Shown piece after piece: positions 45,201 through 52,777 of a stretch of DNA of 53,481 bases. The notes under the pieces were generated by a model that had not been told where the DNA came from, did no database searches, and saw only the letters and a program-made list of their open reading frames with translations. Made by a program: the position numbers and the translations under genes. Position 1 is the stretch's first letter; each line of letters starts with the position of its first letter. The stretch comes from a virus (taxonomy: Duplodnaviria > Caudoviricetes): positions 1-53,481 of the IMG/VR virus record IMGVR_UViG_3300026283_000082; one strand, given 5' to 3'.

Positions 45201-48075
45201 CGTGGTGCCGGTTCGCGGCGACGGCGCAGAGGGCGACGCCTACCTGCTCTCGGCTCAGGCGCTCTCGTCTGCCTCCACGGGTGTCCACCACTACACCAAG
45301 GCCGAGGCGGATGCAAGGTTTGTGAACGTGGATGGTGACGCGATGACGGGGCCGCTATCCACGCCTGCTCTGCACCTTGGTTCGTCCACCAGCGGCACGG
45401 TGAACCTCGTACCCTACGGCGCGGACGGCATCCGCGTGCTCGCCCCGGACGGCACGACCGGGGGCGTACTGCGCATCCAAGACCTTGTGGTGGACGGGTC
45501 GGTGAACACGGTCAACTCCACCGAGACAACGATTGAGGATCGCTACGTCCGCGTGAACGCCGGGGGCGAGGGGGGCTTTACTGTCGCATCGGGTCTGCGC
45601 GTGGAGCGAGGGCCGGGCGAGAACGACCGCTTCATCGAGTACGACCCAGCAGACGGCTGGCGAGTGCGCGAAGAGAGCGGCGTGTCGTCGCCTCTGGCGC
45701 TGCGCAGCGGCGTGCTTCAGGCAAATCTCGACAGCGAGATGTGGGGTGGCTACAAACGCGCAGACTACCTGAACCAGCCGATCAGAACAGGCGACACGCC
45801 GACATTCGCCGGACTTCTCGTGTCCGGCAACGCGAGCATCGGTGGCTTCGGATCGTTCGGCGAGGGTGCTGGCAGCACGTCGTTCGTGAGCGGCTTCGCG
45901 GGCAATGGATGGCGGATGGGTCACGGCGCGTCTGGCGCAGACGGCGAGGTGCAGAACCTGACGGTGCGCGGCGCGATGTCGGTGTACGAACTTCTGGCCC
46001 GCCGCGTGGATGCCGTGGGCGGCAACCTGCTCGTGGCTCCTCGGATGCGTGTGACAGAGATCGTAGGCGTCGGCCCGTCCTACACGCTCACCGACGAGTA
46101 CGCGAGCGCGATTGGCGGCGCGGCTGTGAGCGACGTGGAGGTGGGGTCTTACCTGATCGCGCAGCAGGCGGCGGGCACGGGCGTACAGCAGTCCATCGTC
46201 AGGGTCACGGCCAAGAGCGGCGCTGACGTGTCGGTCGCTCTGGTGAGCGGCGCAGCCCCGTGGCTCGGCGCGGTGTACGTCGCGTTCGATCACGAGAGCG
46301 ATCCTGCGAGGCGCGGGCGCGTGTACCTGAGCAGCCGGGATTCAGGTGCTCCGTTCCTGTCTGTGTCGGCCGGGAACGGCTCTGGCGTTTGGGGAACGGG
46401 CACGGAATACGTTCGCATCGGCAACCTGCAAGGCGTTACGGTTCTCGGACAGCCGTTATCGGGCGAAGGATTCTACGGCGGCCGGATGTATCTCGCGGCT
46501 GGGCAGCAGGCGATCTCGGTCGTTCCGGGGCAGGGCATCTCGTTTTCCGGCCTTGGCGGGCAGGCGGTGGCGAACATCAACGCGGACGCAGGCGGCCTAA
46601 CCATCTCGGCGCAGCGGCTTCGCATCGGCAGCGGTACGACATTCGAGGGCGGCTACGACCCCTACCGCATCGCCGAGGCGTTCGACCAGTACCGGAGAGC
46701 CAATGCGGCTGTGATGCGCGAGGTGTTTGCCCGCATCGGCGAGGGCTTTGATCGTCTCGATATCGTGGAGTCGTGGAAAGACCTTCCGACCGGCGCATTT
46801 GCGGGCCTCGACGTACGCACTTCAGCGACGGAGGCAAGCCTGACGGCCTTTGCGGGCTTCACAACCGAGGCCACGGCGGCGCTCGCGGCGCTCGACCTTC
46901 GGGCGGACGGCTTGGAGGCAAGTGCCGAGGTCACGGCCGCGTTCCGCGACGACACGACGGCATCCCTCGCAGGGCTTTCGGCTCGCGTAGACGACAATGA
47001 GGCGGCGGTCGGCGTCTTCGCTGGGCTAACGTGGACAGACCCGCAGGGCGTCACGCACTCCGGCTCGGCGGCGCTCGCGGCACTGGTAGACCAGTTCGGC
47101 AGCCACGTTGTGCTCAAGGCTCTTGCGGACGGACGGGCAGCAGGTATCACGATTAGTGTGCCCACCGATCCGGACGAGGACGCCACGATCCAGTTGGACG
47201 CCGATGCTGTCATCATCCCCGGCACGCTCACGGCGGGCGGATGGAAGGCCGCGCCGGAGGAGCTACGCTATCCCGCAACGGGAGCCGACTACACGCGCCT
47301 CGAAGCCTCTTCAGCGTTTCGGGGCATGGCCGTTCGGCGGGACGGTGCGGACATCTTCAAGGTGGGCGACTTCCTCACGGGCGGCGTTTCGGTGGGCCTG
47401 CCCCAGACGGTTCAGTCGCCCGATATCATGTCCTCGACCGGCTGGACGGAGGGTTCTGGCGCTGGCTCAGAGGGCGGCTGGACGTACGGCGGCACGGGCG
47501 CGATCCACGCGGCCACCGGCAGCCCGCCCTACGTCAACGCTTGGCTCCAGCAGCAGGTGAACGTTGGTGTGTCGCGGGCCGGGCAGACGGTGCGTCTTCG
47601 CGTGGACGTGGGCGGCTCGTACCCCGTGTACGATAGCGTGCGCATTGATCTGCTCGACGAGCCGGATGGCACGGCGCTTGGCACGCAAACACTTCTGAGC
47701 GGCGCGTACCCGGACGAGATGGAGGTGTATGCCCGCGTGCCCTCGACCGGGCTGGTCACGATCCGCTTGATGGTCTACAACGCGGCCACGAGTGGCTCCG
47801 TGCAAGCGCGGTTCACGAACGTCTGCCTCGACGTGCTCCCGCCGGTCGTAGAGCTTGGCCGCGACGGCCTGCGGCTGTGGTACGGCCCAGACGACTACCT
47901 GCTGCTCAACCAGTTGACCCGCGAACTCTCGATGCCGGTTGTTCGGGCCTCGTCGGCGGTTGCAATCGGGAGAACGTGGAGCGTGGAGGAGGGCGTTGGC
48001 GGCGAACTTCGCTTCATCAAGAGCGGCGTAGCCAAGGCGCAGATCACGAACGGCGGCACCTTCCAAACTCTGTAA
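42211..48075 (+). CDS. Large multidomain tail tip / host-specificity protein with PKD/Ig-like domains
   Basis: 1954 aa; NLPPIARL..VVLDASGSIDPNGDALSFEW (PKD-like); fibre-type motifs YTKAEADARFVN and SGFAGNGWR..NLTVRGAMSVYEL. Confidence 0.8.
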   Translation: MILLAKTYRLDPDAATGIFGSLTIEQVPLLDVVSVSPVKRAIETGAGVYRYDSVTLSCVGLPDGFFALHQYDDAAEVVDERYPFVAEVQYGDYWDDPGGKCVFYGALRADSVREDKGVTTFTVASFDALLADLPPVKSRPSYTSFANYSAAFVDTFSLRPDNLPTGFSAVVGRFYARIANIEGLPVDHERSIWAVLREGSVLSWQATYPSGGTSDHRLVVSRAVPEGTFNNALVECFMSDSGLYLSKGPVNTNQISQWDVIRPLSPSQHDNTYGNLVIKVAALEQPIQKYVGGICRFRPPGSDVHRGAVRIEKAEYYKYKKDGKDFVDYEWVKMSVIPAVGTLLPEFAITHGVKGALEFIDPIQMPTGTEVTVLSPSMYGTGDPYDASSPNYSARDVVRGIIASHPALSTLIPDDAATAVSVRGMLRYISRLISLSSKPAEALSQVQTASDALLWITGATEATGAASRLAGGARRIHTHLLSRDEAASMPAITLPTPVEAGGEAVGVRPRYVVIKSPTRYNEVSLNIPGTTKIVRRKKRFLFWEYGETGPGLGVKQTPGVVYDTYIGWYPTVDGLGNDIIPPELDQNEKGALEGAIEVSAIAALPDGSGDVYTSGDRVVPNDATLQTLAERYWNLYGRYWRRFTVKVLGIYDSVEDGVDVPLHYVGAKVRCVTGLGDLGNQVWVEGVILSSEVDYAGGTTTFVLAAEGAEDQPLGPGLNLPPIARLLAPTVIASNLPAGASGDLRALVVLDASGSIDPNGDALSFEWRVNGVIAEGEVTPVVEVVIEDEAEVSVKVVDGGGLFASKSAIVKVVEPAEDGPLDVSHAPVLDVSLSGESNTLTAFVRLEGYKIASDVRVEYYEVRSGSATSVTTLTHDTLVDEVIEVDRPEPGRIVNFFARAVDATRGIVGEWRTLAVGRNPAAEITQASAIVDGPSSVRVTWRGDTDTASVRLELYRHAAGTSLPGLPTATQMGAATGTATIPLGGSTLSASEVVDVRVVPVRGDGAEGDAYLLSAQALSSASTGVHHYTKAEADARFVNVDGDAMTGPLSTPALHLGSSTSGTVNLVPYGADGIRVLAPDGTTGGVLRIQDLVVDGSVNTVNSTETTIEDRYVRVNAGGEGGFTVASGLRVERGPGENDRFIEYDPADGWRVREESGVSSPLALRSGVLQANLDSEMWGGYKRADYLNQPIRTGDTPTFAGLLVSGNASIGGFGSFGEGAGSTSFVSGFAGNGWRMGHGASGADGEVQNLTVRGAMSVYELLARRVDAVGGNLLVAPRMRVTEIVGVGPSYTLTDEYASAIGGAAVSDVEVGSYLIAQQAAGTGVQQSIVRVTAKSGADVSVALVSGAAPWLGAVYVAFDHESDPARRGRVYLSSRDSGAPFLSVSAGNGSGVWGTGTEYVRIGNLQGVTVLGQPLSGEGFYGGRMYLAAGQQAISVVPGQGISFSGLGGQAVANINADAGGLTISAQRLRIGSGTTFEGGYDPYRIAEAFDQYRRANAAVMREVFARIGEGFDRLDIVESWKDLPTGAFAGLDVRTSATEASLTAFAGFTTEATAALAALDLRADGLEASAEVTAAFRDDTTASLAGLSARVDDNEAAVGVFAGLTWTDPQGVTHSGSAALAALVDQFGSHVVLKALADGRAAGITISVPTDPDEDATIQLDADAVIIPGTLTAGGWKAAPEELRYPATGADYTRLEASSAFRGMAVRRDGADIFKVGDFLTGGVSVGLPQTVQSPDIMSSTGWTEGSGAGSEGGWTYGGTGAIHAATGSPPYVNAWLQQQVNVGVSRAGQTVRLRVDVGGSYPVYDSVRIDLLDEPDGTALGTQTLLSGAYPDEMEVYARVPSTGLVTIRLMVYNAATSGSVQARFTNVCLDVLPPVVELGRDGLRLWYGPDDYLLLNQLTRELSMPVVRASSAVAIGRTWSVEEGVGGELRFIKSGVAKAQITNGGTFQTL

Positions 48076-48079
48076 GCAA

Positions 48080-48190
48080 ATGACCAACCCCCCGCTCGGC
48101 ATCGTTTACCTGATTCCACTTGCCATTCTTGCGCTTGCTGCGGTTCTTGGCATTGGTCTTCTCTTTATTCACACTGAGCGTCCACGCTGA
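48080..48190 (+). CDS. 36-aa single-pass membrane peptide (not in ORF track)
   Basis: MTNPPLGIVYLIPLAILALAAVLGIGLLFIHTERPR; TGATG-coupled to the next gene. Confidence 0.55.
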   Translation: MTNPPLGIVYLIPLAILALAAVLGIGLLFIHTERPR

Positions 48191-49965
48191 TGCCCTACAA
48201 CGACCTTACCGCCGCGCTGGGGCTCATCCTCTCGGATGGCGCTCCGCCCGAAACCCCGATTCACTTCCCGGCTACCGCTGCGGTGGACGCCAACCGGGGC
48301 CTGTCCATTTTGGACGGCGCTCCGTGCGGCTTCAAAGCGTCGCTGCGGGACGAGAACGGTAGCGAAGTGCTTCCCGAGGCAGGCGAGCGTGTGGGGCTTC
48401 TCGTGGCTCGCCAGTACCCTGCCGAGGAGCCTTTCGAGGTCACAGGCACGGTTGAGGACGAAGGCTATCTCTATATCTCATTCGTCGTCCCGGCAGGCGC
48501 AATGAGCCGCGACGAGCGTGCAACGGGACGCACCTACTACCACGTTCGGGCGTTCATCGAGACAGTCGGCACGCCCGGCAGTCGCGTCTACTACCCCGCA
48601 CTTCAGACGCCGCTTGTAGTCGAGGTCGTTGGCCCGTCCACGAACCGAGAATCCGATCAGGCAGCAGGCTTTGCCACGCAGGCATCGGCGGCCCGTGATG
48701 CGGCCGTGCTGGCGAAGGACGCGGTGCAGACGCTCGTGGAGAGCGTAGCGGGCCTGCGCGTGCCAGATCGGCTGCTGCTCGTAGACGCCGCGTTTGCGGA
48801 CTCGGCGGACGGCTTCACGTTTACCGACGTGGCGGTGGCAATCACAGAGGCTGAGGCGATTGTCGCGGCGGACGGGGGGCGAGTTCTCATTAGACTCTAC
48901 CACGACGCAGACGGCCAGCCGCTCGCCATTCCTGCCCCGCACACGGTGGACAGTCTCCGGGCGGCAGGCATCGACGTGGAGACTGCGGACGGCTCTGGTG
49001 ATGGCAAGGCGGCGCGGTTCGCGGCCCACCTGCTCGGCTGGTGGCTCGGCCAGCACTCGCTGGATGAATCGGTGCTGAGGGAGACGGGTTACGTCGTCAA
49101 TCTCGACGACTTGCCGTTCCCGGTGAGCGAATCCGGCGAGCCGCTGTTTCCGCCCTCAGCGCACCGGCACGACTGGGACGATCTGGACAACGTGCCGCCG
49201 CTGGTGCCGTTCGACGCTGCCTACGCCGACACGGTGCCCCCCGACCCGGCTGGCTACTCGGCAGGCGCGATCATCCACAACAGCGACGGCGACGGCGCGA
49301 TCTATGCCATCGTGGATGCTCAGGGTGGTAAACGAGTCTTGCGCCTCGGTGCGCCTGCGTGGACGGACGTACAGGACAGGCCCTCGGCGTTCCCGCCGCA
49401 GGCGCACACGCATTGGCAACGTGTGTTCTATTCGGACTTCCTCGCCACAAACCGAAGCGGCAAGACGGTCACGACGAGCGGTTACGAGTGTACGTCCACG
49501 GGCGCGACAGCGAGCGGCGGCACGTCTGGGCATCTCGTCTGCATTGGCTCGCTTGTCCAGCGTTTTGTGGCGCGGGTGTCTGTTGGCAACACCACCTCGA
49601 TGTTCGCGGGCTTCTACGCCTGTTCAACATCTGCCTCCCAAACAAATGGCGCACGGTTTCACATCATCCGTCAGGCGGGTGGATGGGTGTTCACCGGGGT
49701 GCAATATGTGGGTGGCACAGGCGGAAGCCCATCCCCGCTCAACACCACGCTAACAGGCACGCCCTCGGACGGCTCGACGTGGGATATCGTGCTCGAAACC
49801 GATGGCACAGGCACCGTCGCCGTGACCGTCACTCCGCTGGGAGGCTCCCCGCAGTCGTTCACCGTCACCGTACCGGCGGGTACGGTCGGAAGCTTTGGCG
49901 GACAACTCAACGCAGGCGGCGGCGGCTATGTGCTGTCGCTCGCAGGTTACATCAAGACATCCTAA
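48190..49965 (+). CDS. Tail fibre / receptor-binding protein
   Basis: FPPSAHRHDWDDL and WTDVQDRPSAFPPQAHTH (HxH) fibre repeats; Gly/Thr/Ser-rich beta C-terminal domain. Confidence 0.75.
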   Translation: MPYNDLTAALGLILSDGAPPETPIHFPATAAVDANRGLSILDGAPCGFKASLRDENGSEVLPEAGERVGLLVARQYPAEEPFEVTGTVEDEGYLYISFVVPAGAMSRDERATGRTYYHVRAFIETVGTPGSRVYYPALQTPLVVEVVGPSTNRESDQAAGFATQASAARDAAVLAKDAVQTLVESVAGLRVPDRLLLVDAAFADSADGFTFTDVAVAITEAEAIVAADGGRVLIRLYHDADGQPLAIPAPHTVDSLRAAGIDVETADGSGDGKAARFAAHLLGWWLGQHSLDESVLRETGYVVNLDDLPFPVSESGEPLFPPSAHRHDWDDLDNVPPLVPFDAAYADTVPPDPAGYSAGAIIHNSDGDGAIYAIVDAQGGKRVLRLGAPAWTDVQDRPSAFPPQAHTHWQRVFYSDFLATNRSGKTVTTSGYECTSTGATASGGTSGHLVCIGSLVQRFVARVSVGNTTSMFAGFYACSTSASQTNGARFHIIRQAGGWVFTGVQYVGGTGGSPSPLNTTLTGTPSDGSTWDIVLETDGTGTVAVTVTPLGGSPQSFTVTVPAGTVGSFGGQLNAGGGGYVLSLAGYIKTS

Positions 49966-49977
49966 ACCGCTACTCCA

Positions 49978-50466
49978 ATGCCCTTCTCTCTGAGGCGCGA
50001 CCTTCAACCCGAATCGCAAATCGCCGAACCCCTTGCCGCCGGTTTCGAGCGGTTCATCCAAAAGGCGGGCGGCTCCGTCGTCCACCAGATCGGCAACGCA
50101 TCGGGCGATCCGGTGAGCGTGTCGGGCGTGAGTGGCGACACCATCCCGCCGCGCCTCCGCCTACTCAACATCATTAGGGTCGAGGAGAACTTCGGCAGTT
50201 TTCAGGTGACGAGAGTGCACGATGATGGGCGAACGTGGGCGGTCACGCGCAGTAGCAACATATACCAAGTCTCCTATACCGCCATCTCTGGCGAGACCGA
50301 TGTGCCAACCGATCCAGTCGTACCCGTGCGTGCGACGGCCCAGCTAATATCGGCATCGTCAAGCCAATCCTGTCGTGTGAACAAAGGGGGGCCGCCACGC
50401 ACGTTCTCTATCAACTTCGCCGCCGACCCCGGCTCGCAGGTGACGTTTGACCTCTACATCTACTAA
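49978..50466 (+). CDS. Hypothetical tail-region protein
   Basis: 162-aa ORF in operon. Confidence 0.6.
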   Translation: MPFSLRRDLQPESQIAEPLAAGFERFIQKAGGSVVHQIGNASGDPVSVSGVSGDTIPPRLRLLNIIRVEENFGSFQVTRVHDDGRTWAVTRSSNIYQVSYTAISGETDVPTDPVVPVRATAQLISASSSQSCRVNKGGPPRTFSINFAADPGSQVTFDLYIY

Positions 50467-50467
50467 G

Positions 50468-52060
50468 ATGCCTGTCGCCGCCCTTCTGGACGATCCAGCC
50501 ACCTACAACCCTGCTGCTTCGGGCACCTTGGCCGGGCACGCTTGGGATATGGAGCAGTGGTTTCTCGCCTCCGCCCCCGGCGAGGGGTGGACGGTGCAGA
50601 TTTATGACCGATCTGGAGGCGACAGCCAAGCCCTGAGTGAGGCCCTCGCAGACGGGCGAAAGATCATCTTTGGCGGATTCAGTCCTCACAACCTCGTATC
50701 CCGCGCAGAAAACATCGCTGCGACGGGGGCCGTGCTGGTGGGGTGTATTGGAAATGGCTACGACGAGACGTTCGATATCACGCGCTTCGTCTGGCCCATT
50801 CTCGTGACAACCGTAGGCACAGCGTCAGCGGGAAACCGCTACACCAGTTACTCGACGGGTGTGTGGTGCTGCACCGAGACGTCCGACCTCTCTGTTCTGG
50901 CTCAGTCGTTTGGCGCAGCCGCCCGTGCGGCCATCCTCACGCGCTACCCAGAGAGCGCGGCCAACCCGCAAGCGGCGCTCATTCGGATGCTGGCTGGGGA
51001 AGTGCCGGTGGCGGGCGCGGCGCGGTGGACGAAGCAGGAGGGATTCGGCGTGACACGCACGTTCCTGCCGTCGTTCACCGCCGCCGCCGACCCCGCCGAG
51101 CACGCGCTGGTGCTCGGGTCGGCGGCCAACTACTCGACCGCGCCGGGCACGTCTACAGCCACGATCGCGGGTGGGCGTAGATTCGCGGGCACGGCACGAT
51201 CCGGCCTGTGCGCCTACTCCACCTACACGCTGCCGCCCAATGCTCAGGGAGCGGGCATCTCGGCGGTGATCGAAGCGGACGCTGTGAACCACGGCGCGTA
51301 CCCCGTGCTGATCTGCTCGAATCGTGGCGATGCTCAGCAGGTGCATCCCGGCCAGACGGTGCGGGTGTCGCTGGCCTACGAGAGCCGCGCCGAGGCAACG
51401 ACAGTTTCGCTACGCATCGAGGACGTGGAAAACCGCACGTTCGATGTGAGCCTGTCGAACGCCACGATGCGCGACATTCGGCCATTCGTACTGGTCGTGC
51501 CCCCTCTGCCCTCTGTTGACGGTGCGCTCTCGCCCGTGCTCACTGTGACGCCGACGGCCACACCCGGCAAAATGGTAGCGTCGTGGGTGCGCCTTGGCGG
51601 GCAGGCGGTGAACGTGCGCCTAGCGGGTGTGGTGGCGGGGACCACGACGGCTACCTCGATGCCTCTGTATGTGGGAGGCGACGAGCAACAGGTTGACGTG
51701 GTAGCGGTGCTACCCGGTGGCAGGACGACTGCGCCGCACCCGCGCTCCGTTGTCGTATTGGACGAGAGCGTCGGCTACGTCCCGCCCCCGCCGACGTTGG
51801 AGGTTCAGCGCAGCGGCGGGACGCTTTTCGTCACCGCCGAGGCCGAGGGCGCTGTCGCGTACATCGTCACCGCCGAGGCCGGAGCCGAGCCTACAACGAC
51901 GGTTGAAGGCGGGGAGGTCGCGTGGCCGCCGCATCGCCCTGCTCGCGTGGTCGCTCTGGCAAGCGGCGCAGGAGGCAACTCGGACGCCACAACCCTGCTT
52001 GTTCCTGCACAGAGGGCCTTGCCGGTTTCGGGTGTTCACCCGCGTGCGGTTTTGGGATAG
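50468..52060 (+). CDS. Virion-region protein with a degenerate subtilase-like N-terminal domain and beta-sandwich C-terminus
   Basis: GAVLVGCIGNG...ILVTTVG...TSYSTG...AQSFGAAARAA...EGFG; start ATG 50468. Confidence 0.55.
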   Translation: MPVAALLDDPATYNPAASGTLAGHAWDMEQWFLASAPGEGWTVQIYDRSGGDSQALSEALADGRKIIFGGFSPHNLVSRAENIAATGAVLVGCIGNGYDETFDITRFVWPILVTTVGTASAGNRYTSYSTGVWCCTETSDLSVLAQSFGAAARAAILTRYPESAANPQAALIRMLAGEVPVAGAARWTKQEGFGVTRTFLPSFTAAADPAEHALVLGSAANYSTAPGTSTATIAGGRRFAGTARSGLCAYSTYTLPPNAQGAGISAVIEADAVNHGAYPVLICSNRGDAQQVHPGQTVRVSLAYESRAEATTVSLRIEDVENRTFDVSLSNATMRDIRPFVLVVPPLPSVDGALSPVLTVTPTATPGKMVASWVRLGGQAVNVRLAGVVAGTTTATSMPLYVGGDEQQVDVVAVLPGGRTTAPHPRSVVVLDESVGYVPPPPTLEVQRSGGTLFVTAEAEGAVAYIVTAEAGAEPTTTVEGGEVAWPPHRPARVVALASGAGGNSDATTLLVPAQRALPVSGVHPRAVLG

Positions 52061-52068
52061 TGACGTCG

Positions 52069-52101
52069 TTTGTGGCGCAAAGCGACTTGTGTGGGTATCT
52101 T
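52069..52101 (+). promoter_or_regulatory. Putative late promoter (lysis operon)
   Basis: TTTGTGG-N20 (spacer begins CGC)-TATCTT, followed by the leader hairpin at 52108-52121. Confidence 0.6.
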
Positions 52102-52141
52102 GCCCCACCTGTCACCGCAGGCGAAGCAAACACGTCAGAAG

Positions 52142-52777
52142 ATGCCAAAGCCTATTGCATGGGCCCCGACAGAGGCGCAGCTACTTGCCGCCTATGCCAC
52201 CCAGAAGTACCCTCTGTTTGGAGGGAGCGCCGCGAGGCCGCGACCCTACGACATCAACCTGTTTGGTATTCGGAAAGAGACGAACGCCAAGCCCGGCACC
52301 TACGACGACGTGCTTGGCTACACGCTTCGTCTCGACAACGGGCGGCGTATCACGCGCTTCTTTCCGGGCACAACCGATCCCGGCCTCCCGGAACTGCTGA
52401 AGCCGACCAACAAGTCAGGCGTGGCGGTTGTCAAGCCGGGGCATTATCCGGGCCTGTGGGAGCTGGGTCTCCACAAGAGGAAGACTCCGGCGCTTGTGCA
52501 GGTAGCCCCCATCGTTGTCTACCGCGACAACAACAAGGACGGAAAGGCCGACACGAAGGGCATGAAGGAACAGCGGGGGCTGTTTGGTATCAACATGCAC
52601 CCCGAGTCGGTCTACCGAGAGGAGAACGTGATCGGTCTTTGGAGTGCGGGATGTCAAGTGCCTTACCACAACGCCGACATGGACGAGCTTCTTCGCGTCT
52701 GCCGAGAGCAGGTTCGACGTGGCTGGGGTAGGCGTTTTTCGTACACCCTATTCACCGAAAGCGAGGTCATTCAATGA
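52142..52777 (+). CDS. Putative endolysin, L,D-transpeptidase (YkuD)-like Cys enzyme
   Basis: TTDPG, VYRDNNKDG, GINMH-x14-SAGCQV (H-x14-S-x-G-C); lysis-region position; start 52142 set by the leader motif. Confidence 0.65.
   Translation: MPKPIAWAPTEAQLLAAYATQKYPLFGGSAARPRPYDINLFGIRKETNAKPGTYDDVLGYTLRLDNGRRITRFFPGTTDPGLPELLKPTNKSGVAVVKPGHYPGLWELGLHKRKTPALVQVAPIVVYRDNNKDGKADTKGMKEQRGLFGINMHPESVYREENVIGLWSAGCQVPYHNADMDELLRVCREQVRRGWGRRFSYTLFTESEVIQ

Noticed and set aside
42211-52060. Diversity-generating retroelement or shufflon acting on tail fibres
   Set aside because: No reverse transcriptase, template/variable repeat pair or repeated crossover sites noticed in the window
2814-52144. AGAAG box as an ordinary Shine-Dalgarno variant
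   Set aside because: It frequently abuts ATG with zero spacing, incompatible with normal SD geometry, and is linked to a conserved hairpin
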